From Eledone cirrhosa (Eukaryota): 64,000 nucleotides of DNA. The stretch covers positions 301,692,001 through 301,756,000 of the forward strand of contig OZ024740.1 of the NCBI GenBank assembly GCA_964016885.1, read 5' to 3'. The position numbers were made by a program, and so were the translations under genes. This document shows, in pieces, positions 29,606 through 44,228 of this stretch (its first letter is position 1; each line of letters opens with the position of its first letter). The notes below the pieces were generated by a model. That model saw only the letters and a list, made by a program, of their open reading frames with translations, was not told the DNA's origin and ran no database searches.

Positions 29606-29634
<29 letters not shown>

Positions 29635-32419
29635 AAGAGAGAGAGAGATAGAGTGAGGAAGAAAGAACAAAGAAATAAGCTGAGAAAGAAATTAAAGAGA
29701 GTGTGGGATAAACAGATTCAAAGTGACATATAATCTGATTTTATGGAACGAAATGATATTGAAAAATTAATTAATTTAATATATCCTAAAATATTTCTCA
29801 CTAATTATTTGAATGAAATGAAAGTAGATTGATCATGAGTATGATATAAATAATTGTATATACGGAATAACTATTAAATTAACCAAGGTAGTGGTTATCT
29901 AGCACCTGTAGTTGGTTTAATACAATGAGGTACTGGAGGAATACAGAAAACATCTCAGAAAATGTGCGTGGCCTTTCAAGCGAAAAGGAAAAGCACTGTA
30001 AGGCGTATAAACATTAAGGATATATACCAAGGTCCACAGTTCTATTAATAAAATTGCCTTTATTATAACTTCGGCGAAAAGGATTTGCGGAATTTCTTCC
30101 ATGATTTTATAACAGCAGTTTAAATTTAGCTATGTACAATGAAATTTCTTAACAATCAAATATATGATCGATTTAATCGACTTTTTCCCTTACAACACTA
30201 TTAGCCTTTTGCCGGAATTGCGAACCGTAGAGAGCAGATTTTGGGGATAATGAATGTGACGAACACAATAATGTGTGTTATTTACTAACAGATCTCTACC
30301 TTCTGCGTTCAAATCCCGACAATATTAACATTGCTCTTGAGCATTCGAGAGTCGATATAAAAATTCCTTGTTGAGTATAGCGGTCGATATAATCTAATCA
30401 GATTCTTCTAAATATGACTGTCCTTGTGAATAAATAAGAAATCAAAGGACCGGTAAATTACACGGTGTATAGCTACTTCAGCTGAACAAGAGCGGGAATG
30501 AGTTAACGAGAAGGCGGCCAATCTCACCTAGAAATGGACATAGGATATGTTTTCCCTTATATATCGAGCAGAAATAAAAAAAAAATACCTACTTAATTTC
30601 AGTCAACTATTACCACCGGACTGTCTTACCTTGTCACAGTTTACGTCTGGTCGGAATTGAAATCTGTTGTTTCACCTCTTGTCGAATGGACGGTATTCAC
30701 AGCCGATAAATTGCCGTCAATACCTTGCGGCTGACGATATGTAGTATCCTTGCTGTTGAACCGGTGGTTTGTCATTAGTGAAAAGTGTGTTTAACCGTTT
30801 CATTTCTTTGTTAGCGCTGATGTCCTGGGTCAAACAAAGTCGAGAGAGAAAGTGAGAGAAATCTTGGCAATTGGAATTCGGCAAGTACTTACAGCACTAG
30901 ATCAGTCTGACAAAGCGGTCGATGAAAATTCCGATTTGGTGTTCTATAGAGGATCAGTTGCAGGTAAATTGACGTAGATCCCGGAGAGATTCTAGGTACC
31001 GATGAAAGTCAGCTAGATTTGATGTTGTCCTCTTCGTGTGTTAACTTAGTGCTTCTTGTCTGAATAGAAGAGAGGTACCCCAGAGCTACATTGCTTCAAA
31101 CACCAGATCTTCAAAAGCCACTAAAGTTGCAACAACCACAGTGACACCAACCCTGAAGCACGAGAGACATAATTAGCAAAAACAACAACTGCAACAATAG
31201 CAGCACCGACATCAGCCTCACTGAAACACCAACTAAACCACCCACAACAGCAATAGAAACATCAACAAAACCCCCAACAGCATGATGAAAAACAACTAAC
31301 AAGATTTGAAACACTCAAGGGATCTCTTAACTAAGCAATTCAATTCCCTCTCCCGCTCTACGCCTCCTTCCTTTTCACTCACTCTCTCTCACTCTCTCTC
31401 TATTTCTCCGTCTCCTCTAAATACAATCTCGCGTATACATTCCCAACAATAACTGAGACGAGTTCTGCAGACACATATCGAAAGGGAGATAAGGCGATAC
31501 ACTGAATCCCTAACAACGAATTAGAAACACATAAAAATTACATCTTGTATCACTCTAACCCATACGCCACAGATCATAGCAAAATGAATCTACAACAAAT
31601 ACAGATACATCTACAACAACACTAACACAATAACCCTCAGCATAACTACCACTACCACCACCTGCACAACTAACCCAACTAGAATCCCAACTACGCACAA
31701 AAAGAAAACGCACACAACAACTCTGTATCACATAGTCAACAAACCTACCTAGGGCCAACGAATAAATGATGAGTATATTGAGAAAGATTGTGCTTCTATC
31801 CTAAGTGAAGGGCAAATTATATTCTGGAAGTGGCCTGACGATCACTGCACGCTACACAATGAGTTATGTTACCGGCGCAAAAATCAATCTCTGCATTTCA
31901 TATAAAGACTAGAGGAGGATATGATGACTGATGCCCTTGATCACTGGTGACGACAATGACTATCTTATCGTTTTTATTTTATAGAGAGTATTCCTTCAAC
32001 TAAGTGGCTATACTTATGGTGTGCTGCCATTCCTATTCATGGTAAACTCTGTAATCATGGCCAAATTAGAGCCATCAGAAAACAAACCGGTTAGAGTGGT
32101 GCGCAGATTAACGAAACCATCTGTTGTGCATTATTTCAATGTCAGAGAACTATTACTATTTGAGAAATGCCTTCGAAGAATATTGATCTCTTTCCCGAAT
32201 GAATAGTGAATAACACAGCAAGCCATCATGTGAGCAATCAGAATTAGATAAGGGAAACTACCTACAATGGCTACGCAAATATATTAATACTGGTTGCCAA
32301 AGTTTTATCTTTGCAATTGTTGGTGATATGTATGCATTGATATTCTGCAGATAAGATCAGAGGTGTTTCTACATTAGACCTATGCTTTTGATTTCTTATA
32401 TGAATTCACTTTGGCACCT

Positions 32420-32720
32420 AGTCTTCTGCTGACTCATTCGGCGTCTCAGCCATCGGCCTGACACACGTATCCGCGGAATCCCTCTCCTAAAGGCTGACAC
32501 GATGGTCTTCCACAAACCATCGGTAGCCTGCCGGAGAGTACGGTATCAAACATTGTGGTCAGCACGGTCGTTGGTCTTAGCAAGCCTCCGTGGAGTTTGT
32601 TGGGGGCCCCAGAGTTTTGACGGCCAGAAGACAATTCTCCGTAGATTAGGATCTTTGTCAAGCGATGGTCTGTCATTCAGTGCAGCTGTCTTCATAAAAA
32701 TGACCTCGATAATTTTAGTC
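32420..32720 (-). mobile_element. RTE (BovB-like) LINE 3' fragment
   Basis: MTDHRLTKILIYGELSSGRQNSGAPNK matches the RTE C-terminal M.D.RLPK.ILYGEL..G.R..G.P.K pattern. Confidence 0.75.
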
Positions 32721-33097
32721 TTACCTAAAATATATAAACACATATAAATATATATATATATACATACATATGTATGTGTGTGTGTGTGTGTGTTTGTGCG
32801 TCCGTGTGTGTGTGTGTGTATATGTATATATATTATTGTGTGTATGTGTGTATATATGTGAGTGTGTACGTGTATGTAAGCATGAATGAAAGCGTGTGTA
32901 TGCAAGTGTGTGTGTGTAGGGATGTTTTCACTGTACAGGAGTGCGGTATGCTCTCATATGCTCCTCATTATCCAATACATATCAATTTGCTTGTCAAGCC
33001 ATTCATCCATAAATTGTGAGGATTCTCCCACGATATCTCTAGTTCTGTGCAGGTTTTAATGTGTTGGTGTGTTCTGTGATAGCTATTATGTGTCATT

Positions 33098-33435
33098 AGT
33101 TACGTACCTTTACGATTTGAGTTCAAATCCCGCCAAGGTTGACTTTGCCTTTCATCCTTACGGGGTCGATAAATAAAGTACCAGTAATGTACTGAGTTAT
33201 TGCTGGCCTTGTGCCTAAAGTAGAGACAATTATATTATTTTCGGTGGATTGGCAGTATCGGTAAAGGGTCGGACGCCATGCTTTGCAGCACAGTTACGTC
33301 CCTTTACGGATTGAGTTCACATCCCGCTGAGATTAACGTTGCCTTTCATCCTGACGGGGTCGATAAAATAAAGTATCAGTAATTCACTGGTATAATTGCT
33401 GGCCTTGTGCCAAAATTAGAAACAATTATATTATT
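33098..33435 (+). mobile_element. Two tandem tRNA-derived SINEs (5'-truncated, then full-length)
   Basis: Two B-box/central/tail units at 33098-33238 and 33243-33435. Confidence 0.88.
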
Positions 33436-36395
33436 TTCCTGTTCCCTGATCTATAGCGTTTTTCTTTATTTTACTACATATGTTTGCTCCATATTACATC
33501 CCTTTATACTCTTATTCCAGTTGATGATTATATGTTCTGTTTTGTGTTTCTTGGATAGGTTCTCGAGCATTTATAAGATCTGAGAGAAAAAATAACGACA
33601 GCAAACAAAAGATTAATTATTATATAATATCGCCAGAGGCATAGTTTCTTTAACGGGGAAGAAGTATTGGCTTGATATGTGGCCATTTTAATTAACCATG
33701 CATTGATGTAAGAGCACATTTATCACTGCCCATTATTTCAGCATATTGCGAATGTTTTGATAAATGAAAAATATATCAAGCAGAAAATATTGATTTTCTT
33801 TGATAATTATTGATGATGTGTGCTTGAATAGTTATAGTTTTTAATTATTTCCAATTCGATTTCCACCTCATTGGTCAAATGCATTGCTTTATGTATTGAT
33901 ATTTATATGTCTGCGTATTGGGTATATGTGTGTGCAAAGGAGTCTTTTCTTCTTGTGGTTCAGAGTTTGCAAGTGTGTAAAATGTTCACATATATACATA
34001 TACGGCTAGTGAATGCAAGACATATTAAATCAAGAAATGATTGTGATTAAAACCGATAAACCTGATAAGTTCAAGAGACATCAATTGTCATAGACATAAT
34101 TAAGAAGAGAATTTGATTAGGGGAATAATTCAAATGGACCAAAAATATGAATTTGGATAATTAATTACAGGAATGCTGCACAGAATCGCGTATTCAGAAA
34201 AAGAAATTCAATTGATGTTTCCCTCTCGAAAGAAAATATACATGTACATTACATCGTTATTGAAAAGTGTGCAAGATTATTTCAAGATACCGAGACATCT
34301 CGAAACTTAATTACATACATATGAAAAAGACTGTTTGATCTCTGTAATCGACCAAGGGACAAAGATGTATATGTTTAGTTTTATGGCTATAAAGTATCTT
34401 CGAAATTAGGTTGCGAACAATTTTCAGCGCATATAATATTATAATTTGAAATATAGCCATATATGTAGCTAACTCAAATGGGCTATCTGCATAAATGTGA
34501 TTACGACGCGATATAATGAAAATTGAACTCAAATAACTTTATTGCAAAATGGTGCAGAAATTGTTAGTGATGCTTCAAATAAAGGTAGACAATTGCAAGA
34601 TTTTAGCAACTACTTTCTGAAATCTTAATGTGCTCACGAGAAAGAATGTTTGATCTGCGTTTTCATCAAGTGAGTAGTAGGCACATGTTGCCATTTTCTA
34701 GGCTATATCTGCTAAACCTATTCTAACCAAACAAATTAAAATGTGGCATATAATGTAAACATGTGACAAATATCACAATTAGTTTCCGTCCAAAAACAAT
34801 TGCATAATTGAGATTTAAATTAGCAAAGCGATATTGCATAATATTGTCAGTGATTAAAATTCTGATAGTTAGGTTAAGTGGTGACGTCTTATGTCTTAGA
34901 ATATTATCGATAATAATTTAAGCTTTGATATCATGCGCATTATTTTCCATTTTATCAGATGTTTATGTATCCGCCTGCCCTACTTTTAGTATTCATTTCA
35001 TTGCTGTAGTTCTCTTCACGTTTGATATATCTATATTCGTAGAGGAATAGCTGAATAGCTGAGACTATTTTTTCATTGTATTTTTGTTAATACTTATATA
35101 TATAGCCACGGTCTATTAGTATATTCCAATATTAGTTGTTAATTAGTATTTAAATTATTTCGTAGATAACTTTCTCTAGTAAACAAATGTAAATGATATA
35201 AATAGACTGGTAACATTTAGATTTCCTAACACAGAGGACATTCATTGTTTCCTGTAACTATACATATTTATTTTTGTCGTATGTGTACATATAAACAATC
35301 TATTCCTCAAAATGGGTGATTACATCCCAAAATTCTATAATGTTTGTGTTGCTCTGTATGGTGGGCTTTAGTTTGGAATTGTTTGATTCTTTATCTTCCT
35401 ATAGATGTAGTGTATATTATAGGTTTGTGTTTTCCTATGAATTTATTTTAGTTGTAGCAATATAGAGAGTTACGAATATCTGCCCTAGGCGAGTACCGAG
35501 GTCTACTCCGATTTTTGTTATATAAATTATAGATTGGTTATATATATATATATATAACCAATTGATTGGTTATATATATACACACAATCACCAATAACAA
35601 AGAAACATTTGCACAATTGCAATTGAGTAGAATTTCATCATTAATATTCGGAAAACTCAGATTATACTTATTGTATTCAGCCATGTATAGCAATCAACTA
35701 TTTTTTACTCATTTTAATATGGCAGAGCCGGCCATTAATCGATAGTATGCATGCAACTGACTGGCCTATCTGCTGATATGCAAATATGGCTGATCAGTGG
35801 GTCTGTTAATATGACGACTTGACTGATCAGACAGTCTGCTAATATGCAAATCAGGCCGATCAGTCATTATATATTTTTTTAAATATCTATATTTTTTCAC
35901 TAGGTCTGACAGTTGGCAAGTAAGCGGTATAGTGTACTAATGAAGCGAAATCATCAAGAAGCATTAGTGTCTGCAGTTCTGTTTACATGCCAACACAAGA
36001 GCAATATTGATGGGTTCATTCTAATGACATGGCTTAAAGAGGATGTTTGTATAATTGCAAACGAATCGAATATTATTGTTAATATTCGAAAAACTCAGAT
36101 TACTTTTATTGTATTCAGCCTTGTAGATAAACTATTTCTTAATTGTCATATTATCAGCGATAACTCAAAAAGAGTTTTATGATATTTCGTGGATAACATC
36201 CATAACACCTCTACTTTAAACGATGGCCATTTTCAGAATTCTTAAGTGTAAACTTAAATTTGGATTATTAAGCACATTCCATATATACAATTACAGACTG
36301 AATAAAAAAAAACGCATTTAGGTTTTACTTCATAATAAGTTTCTCTTAATATGCATATATATATATATATATAAAACATATGTGCGCGGTCACAA

Positions 36396-36491
<96 letters not shown>

Positions 36492-36493
36492 TA

Positions 36494-36540
<47 letters not shown>

Positions 36541-37033
36541 CGTGTGTGTGTATATATGTGTGTATATATATACATGTATATATGTGTGAGTGTTTGTGTG
36601 ATGTGGTGTCAGTGAAACACATCAGTGAGATTAGGATGAAGAGAAAAAGGGAGGTGGAGAGGAAGAGGTAGAGTATGCGTGTCTGTGAAAAAGAGAATCA
36701 TATGGGATAAATATTTGAAGGATTGATTACATGTGAAAACGAAAGTCAAACAAAAAAATATAGACTACATTTACGCAAATGAATTAAAATAAACATTTAC
36801 ACTTGATAATTATTTTTATGCTGAGAACCGCAATATTTAGAAATTTCAGAAAAGAAATATTTAAGCACAGTATGTAGATCGCGTTAGAGGAAATTACACT
36901 TTTCCATGCATGTAAATTATATATTTGCGTTAGTAGAGCAGCATATGGAATTCACGTGTATATGGCAAGACTCCAAATAACCTCGCCAATAAAAAAGGTT
37001 GCGATCAATATACCACTGTATATATATATTTAT

Positions 37034-37550
37034 ATATTAATTCAAAATATTAACAAACTAGATATTCTTGTGATCAAGTATATTTTATTATACATATATC
37101 AGAGGTACTGAGTTAAGTTCAACAGTACGTCTTCATCAGATAAAATAAGATGATGCATGACATACCCTGACATAGTAGATGGTTAAGATTCAGTCTTCGT
37201 AGTGAGTAATATATGACAAAACTCAATATTTATAGACCTTAATATTGAGATCATGAGAAAAATATATAATACATACAATAGAGAGGGTGCGTTTTTTAAA
37301 GCTGTCTCACACGCACCCTCTCTATTATATGTATTATATATTTTTCTCATGATCTCAACATTAAGGTCTATAAATATTGAGTTTTGTCATATATTACTCA
37401 CTACGAAGACTGAATCTTAACCATCTACTATGTCATCTTTTATCTGATGAGGACGTACTGTTGAACTTAACTCAGTACCTCTGAAATATGTATAATAAAA
37501 TATACTTGATCACAAGAATATCAATTTTGTTAATATTTTGAATTAATATT
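37034..37550. repeat. Long foldback (~250-bp arms, 18-nt loop) of a hammerhead-bearing repeat
   Basis: 37034-37292 versus 37311-37550 reverse complement with one indel. Confidence 0.92.
37438..37500 (+). ncRNA. Type I hammerhead ribozyme, intact core
   Basis: ttttat-CTGATGA-ggacgtactg...cagtacctct-GAAA-tatgta-ta-ataaaa; 6-bp stem I. Confidence 0.8.
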
Positions 37551-37655
37551 AATAACTCTGGAAAACCAAACTTGTTGGATGCTTCCAATCTATTGTAAAA
37601 CTCATTCTTTCATTTATTCATTATTTCATTTATTCATTGAACCTTGTTTAACTTT

Positions 37656-37657
<2 letters not shown>

Positions 37658-37749
<92 letters not shown>

Positions 37750-37764
37750 GAGAGAGAAAGAAAC

Positions 37765-37801
<37 letters not shown>

Positions 37802-37822
37802 GAAAGAGAGAGTGAGAGAGAG
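37658..37822. repeat. (TA)n-(GA)n-(GATA)n compound microsatellite
   Basis: Direct inspection. Confidence 0.95.
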
Positions 37823-38082
37823 ATGAGATTGATTAATGTAAAGTCTTTTACTAGACTAAAAAGAAACAAGGTAAGGCTTGATATTTGCCACAACCTTATA
37901 CACTCCACAGCTCAACATATATATATATATATATGGAGGGTGAGGGGGTCTTCAGGATGTCCGAAGATAAAAGACCATGGAAAACAATGTTCAATCTCTC
38001 TCTCTATATATCTATATATATATATATGTGTGAGTGTGTGTGTGTGTGCCCGCGTGTGTGTATGTGTGCGCGCGTGTGTGTG

Positions 38083-38220
<138 letters not shown>

Positions 38221-38317
38221 TATATATAATGGAAAAATTTGAACAGGAACAAAACAGAGGGGCAATACAACGAATGTTTATTAATTTCACGCTCTGGAGA
38301 GTGGGGTGTTGGTGGGG

Positions 38318-38352
38318 AACGACGTTTCGGGCATAAGCCCTTCCTCAGGTGA
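38318..38352 (-). ncRNA. Minimal PLE-type hammerhead
   Basis: ac-CTGAGGA-a-gggc-ttat-gccc-GAAA-cg-tc-gt; palindromic ACGU stem III. Confidence 0.8.
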
Positions 38353-39402
38353 GCAGTGTGTGGGAACAGAGTTCAAAGGGTGTGTAGGGGAGTGGTGGAG
38401 AGACATATAGCGAAAGGAATCGGTGCGAATGAAATTAAAAATAAAAATAAAAATAAAGCATGATCAAAATACAAGGAATGAAATAAATTTAAATATAAAA
38501 GCATAGGATATATATATATATTATTTGCTAACATAGTGAACTGATTTTGTTCCTGTGATATTTTAAAATAATTATTAAACATTTCATATATTTTAGTTTC
38601 CATTTAAGTGTATCAAAATATTTGGTATCGTAATTTAATTCCATTATTTTCAGCATTTTAAATAATCACACTACATTTCGTTTATTCCGAAAACAAATTA
38701 TCATGATTACGTACAATATCAAAAACCTATTTATTAGTAGTTTTTCTGAAAACGTGAGGTTTGATGTTACAATTCATTCTACGATCAATTAAAATGTGAG
38801 TAAGCATCTTTTTAACAGAATACTTTCAAGTTAAATACTATTATGAGATTTTTTAGGACTAATTAATACACTTAATCATCATTTTTTGTTCCATCTATCA
38901 GTTATTATGCTGGTTTTCCATCTTGGAGAACTCTTACCATTATTGGTCGTCAAGTATGAAATTTGTAGAATTCTTTTCTTTTTCCAAACATTTTTACAAA
39001 TTTTATACTTGACGACACAATATATTCTTAGAAAATATAAAACTAGTAAAAACGACCAGCTGGGTAGAAGATGGGATGAGGTATATAGTCAGTTATTCAC
39101 CCAAATATAAAGAGGAGGCTGTCCTTGAAATATCGGTGATAATGTATAAAGGAGTAGATCGCATATATTCATTTTAACGCAAGATCGTCGTCCATTTTCT
39201 GTCAAAAGCCTTCCCCAAAGTTCCCTGACCAGGCAATTCTACTGGGGACTGCGACGGGTAGACACAAAGTCAACAGACACGGACATGCGCAGAATCAGCA
39301 ATGTCTGAGGTGCACATACAGCGCTGAATTGGGCTGCACGCACTCGTCTAATATCCAGGTATTATTGACTTCGCATAGAGTTACTTCCCTTGCCATTCTG
39401 AC

Positions 39403-39516
39403 TTCAAATCCCGCCGAGGCTAACTTTGCCTTTCATCCTTACGGGATCGATAAAATAATGTACCAGTAATGCACTTGGTAATTATTGGCCTTGTGCCAAA
39501 AATAGAAACAATTATT
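39403..39516 (+). mobile_element. 5'-truncated tRNA-derived SINE
   Basis: ttcaaatcccgccgaggctaactttgcctttcatcc...agaaacaatt. Confidence 0.85.
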
Positions 39517-40759
39517 GACTTATGGAGATTTTTCGGGATCTGAAATGACAGGAAGATAGCTTGAACGCCTTCTTTTAGCCGGAAAGTACAGAGTAATTTC
39601 CCAGGCTTCGGGACTATGGTGATATAGTTTGTATGGGGTACGTGAATAAAATGATTAAAAACAGATAATTTCAACTTCGGCCAAACCCTTATCGACTTTT
39701 CCAAGCTCCATTTTAAAAGATAGGTGAGGGTGGAAAGGTGGGTGCATTTAGCAAATATGGCCTTTGATGGTTAGCATAGTCTCCAGCCTGTTGGGTTACT
39801 AAATTACCCCCGTGTTACTCCACGATTTTCTAGAAACCTATTATTAATATATTGATAATTGTCGATTGTTTTTCTACACGTTGGTATGTAACTTTCCATT
39901 GTCGTTGTTTTGTTTTGTTTATGTATTTTTTTTCTTTTATGTTTCGACCCTATTTTCCAATAAAGAAATAATTTCTGTCGTCTGTCGATTCATTCCCGTG
40001 AGAGTGAAACGGGGAGAATGCGCCAATACGCATAATAAATGGTTTTATCCGAATTAACCTTCTCCAACTGAACCAGTTGTATCACTATGAGAGACCAAAC
40101 TAGCGGAAAATCGCAGCAGAGACAGTAAAGTCATCGAAGGTTAAGACTTATGTAGACATAATGACTGAGCTCATATTCCACTTTAGCTAGTCAAATAAAG
40201 AATTCTAGCAGACCATCTACTTTATCCGTAAAGTAACATATCACAATTGTTTCAGGAAAACGGCTGGGGTCCTTCTCTCTGAAGAATAGTTCATCAACGG
40301 GAGTCGGAGAGAATTTTGCTGATTTCCTAAATACGATCACAACAATATTTTAACGTAAATTAAGTGCATCTAAGTGCAAAGACTAACCCCTCGAAAGCTT
40401 TGGTCACCAGTGATCATAAGTGGTAAAGCTTTTGTAGGGGGATGAAATTTGGTCAAGTTGTTAAAAGCCCTAAATTGAGGGGGTATCTTCCCGCCGACAT
40501 ATGATTGACATTTGGCCTGGATATTTGGAGGGGAAGGCAAACTATGCCAAAATGGAAGGATAATCAGGAGTATCAAAAAAAGAAAATCAGGAAAGATTGG
40601 TCTAATTAAAATGAATTCTTTTGTTAATCTTCACTAGTAACGTTTGTGGAAAGTGTCTAGTAAAGAGTTAAGGGATATTGAAGTGCGTAGATCTCTCATC
40701 GGGCGCATCACAACCCATCAAATATTATCTAAATTATCATTATTAAAGTTTTCCAGTCG

Positions 40760-40837
<78 letters not shown>

Positions 40838-40908
40838 GATATTAAACAAATGGAAACTATATTTATAAAACCATATTTATTTCATTATACATATTTCGGG
40901 GATACCAT

Positions 40909-41086
40909 ACCAACAAACCAACGGGAAATTTATAAATTCCTAAATTTATAAATTTATTATAATAAATTGAAGTGAAAGCAACTGGTGCGTGTGTTTCTTA
41001 TTGGCAACACGACCCTCCCAAATTATAACAATATCGGTTTCAATACACGTTTTCAGATAAAGAATCTTGCTAAACTAATTCGGAAA

Positions 41087-41090
<4 letters not shown>
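40909..41090 (+). mobile_element. 3' terminus of the 7.9-8.8 kb PLE family
   Basis: Reverse complement of 7857-7990 plus a shared tail atcggtttcaa...aaacg(AT)n. Confidence 0.8.
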
Positions 41091-41150
<60 letters not shown>

Positions 41151-41153
<3 letters not shown>

Positions 41154-43258
41154 AAAGTTTTATTTAAAATTGTTGGGTTACAACAAGTAAATATTTTATA
41201 ACGGATATAGAGCACTCAACAAGTTTTGGAGTAGATATACGATATTAAACAAATGGAAACTATATTTATAAAACCATATTTATTTCATTATACATATTTT
41301 GGGGATACCATATTAAAAATATGGCATGCCTTCTTCAGATAAAATACACTATATAAACAGTTTTATAAATAATGTTGACGTACCATAAATATTGATCAAC
41401 TTTTATGTAAGAAGTTGGTTTGGTAGTGAGATGTTTATAAATATTTAGTGTTAAGCACAGTTAAAAAGAAAGACGGAGAAAAAGAAGAGATGTATGTAAA
41501 GAAAAACAGAGAGAAATAGAGAGAGATAGGGGAGAGAGAAATAGTGAGGAGGTGAAAAAAGAGAGGCAGCTGAGGCAACAGATGAATAATAATAATTCAT
41601 CATACAAATTGAGAGATTTAGGAGGGAGGGAGTACTGTACTTATTTAGTTATAGTGTTAAGGAGACGGAGAGAAATAAAAAATGAAGAGAAAACAGAGAG
41701 ATAGAGAAAGATAGAGGTGGGGGACAAAAGAGGTAGGCCAAATAATAATAATTATTATATATGGGGAGGTGAGAGAAATAGGAGAGAAGTAAGAGAGAAA
41801 ACAAGAGAGAAACTCGAGAGGCAAAGTTAAAATAACCGATACTTAGACTTCATCAAATATAAAGAGGGAGGAGAAGAAAGAGATATATCTAGAGAGAAGG
41901 ATGATAGATTTACATCTTTACGTTATGTCCTATCAATTTGAATTATCAATTCATATGAATTGGGTATTATAATGTAAATATCAATATTCATGAATGAGAC
42001 ATAGATATATAATGTGTGAAAAATAATGACCATATGTTTAGTTTAAAATTCTGAGGTCGATGTACCAAAAACTGAGATAAAACTTCAAAAAATACGAAAA
42101 TATATAAGTATATATGTACTTTCCGGAAAAGGAAAGAAAGAGAAAAAGAGAAGGTCATCTCAAGTTCTAGTTGATACTAGAGACATACATGATCTTACGT
42201 GATCAACTCTGTAATTTCTTGTTTCACAGAAAAAAATGTTTTCCCTTGTTATAAAAGATTTTACTATATATATACATAAAAAATATATATTAATACTCCT
42301 GCCCTCACATACATGATTATCGTTCATGTATAGAATATTATGCATATCTGTAACATATCCAGAGCTATACCCACACATACATATATATATATATATATGT
42401 ATGCACACATATATGTACATGGACAGATAAAATAAACAGATAAAATAAAATATACTCTGTAATCATTCCATATTCATATTAATACATATGGCCTTTGTAC
42501 AGAGACAACCAGATATTAATATATCAGCACACTGATATCAAAACGTTAAACATATTTTCATCACTCCCTAGAGTATCTCGGGCCGTAAAAAACACAGTAT
42601 GCACCCCATATCAACCACAGAAATCTACCCTTCCAATTTATCTGACAATATATTGCCAAGTTCATTAGAAGCAATCAGAATCAAAAAGCAAACAAAAAAC
42701 CAAAAATTATTCAACAAAACTTATTTAGCAGAAATCATTTAAAAGATTTAGGAGACCCTGTTGTTCTACAGATGCTCTTATATTTAGTATAGAAGTTTAT
42801 CTAGCGTAAAATTTATTCAATAGATTGGGAGCATCTACATTTTAGGGTAGTTTAATTACATCATTAGTATATATTTATGAAGAAGGTTTAAAAGAAAAAG
42901 TTGAAGGAATCGAAAGATTTATCGTCAGGTTTCATACATTAATTAAATATCTTAACTTACTATACTACATTTTAAATTTATATTTATATTTAAACGTTAA
43001 GTTCAATCTGTCTGCAGCAACTGAATAAATTGCTCCTTAAATTAAGGGAATTTTTAGATTTTAATATAAAGAATATCTCCTCCACACAGAGGTCACATGA
43101 GGAATTAAAAGGAATCCCTCTTGAGACAATATTCCAAAACATCGAATACCCAACGTTATCATGTTTAAGTTGCCAGAGTAAGCCTGATAGTGAAGTTGAA
43201 GATTTCTTGTTTGGATCTGTGAAAGAATTCTTATGATTATTGTAAATAAAACTTTTGC
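41151..43258 (-). mobile_element. 5'-truncated PLE: GIY-YIG C-terminus, long 3' UTR, degenerate hammerhead (41283-41346)
   Basis: NNHKNSF...STSLSGLLWQLK...WNIV...PFNSSCDLCVEE...LNLRSNLFSCCR (42990-43245); CTGAAGA...AAAA-tatgta-ta; inverted gcaaaagttttattta at both ends; continuity of the middle part is inferred. Confidence 0.7.
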
Positions 43259-43292
<34 letters not shown>

Positions 43293-44034
43293 GTGTGTGT
43301 GTGTGTTTGTGCGTGAGTGTATGCGTTGTGTGCATGCGTGAGTGTGTGTGTATGTGTGTGTTTGTGTGTGGGTGTATTCTTCATCATTTCTCCTATTAAT
43401 TTTTTCCTTCGTTTCTAATATTCCTAATACACTACTCAAGTTCTATTTGAACATCGGACTCATATGGTTATTTTTTGTCTCTATCTTTTTACTTTCTTTA
43501 CCACCAGCAGCATGAGAACCCAATTGTTTCTCTCTCCCTTTCTCTCTTCTATCTAGTTATCTCTCTCCCACGCTCCCTCTCCATGAGCAATAACAATATT
43601 ACTGCCTATGCATCAATTTTGCTCTTGCCATTCCCTCATATTTTTCTCACTATCGTTATGTTTATAGCCCAGTATTCCCTCTCTCTTTCTGTCCCCCACT
43701 TTCTCTCTCTTTATCTATGAATCTATCTATATCTCTATCTATCTGACTTTCTCTATTTCTCTTCTAGCACCTCCCTCTCGATATTTCTTTTTTTCTTTTC
43801 TGAAATCTCTTTTTCCATCTCGCCACCTATTCATTCACTTACACATCCAGTTCACATTCAGAATCAAACAATAGTGGCAGGAAATTAATAAAACACCCAC
43901 TGCTCATAGAGCGTCATTTCATCAGGCGAATCGGAAAACGGGTGAATGTAATGAGAACATATATGAAAATGTGTGGGTGAAAGTAAGAGGGAGAGTTTTG
44001 AGCATTGAAAACAAAAGTATTTAACAACATAAGA

Positions 44035-44093
<59 letters not shown>

Positions 44094-44096
44094 TAC

Positions 44097-44151
<55 letters not shown>

Positions 44152-44166
44152 CGAAAATATCCTTAC

Positions 44167-44228
<62 letters not shown>

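Noticed and set aside
30830-31770. A/C-rich strand-biased segment resembling a LINE 5' end or ORF1
   Set aside because: No recognisable motif or open frame to support a call
35757-35866. CRISPR-like repeat array
   Set aside because: No unique spacers, degenerate units, eukaryotic context, no cas genes
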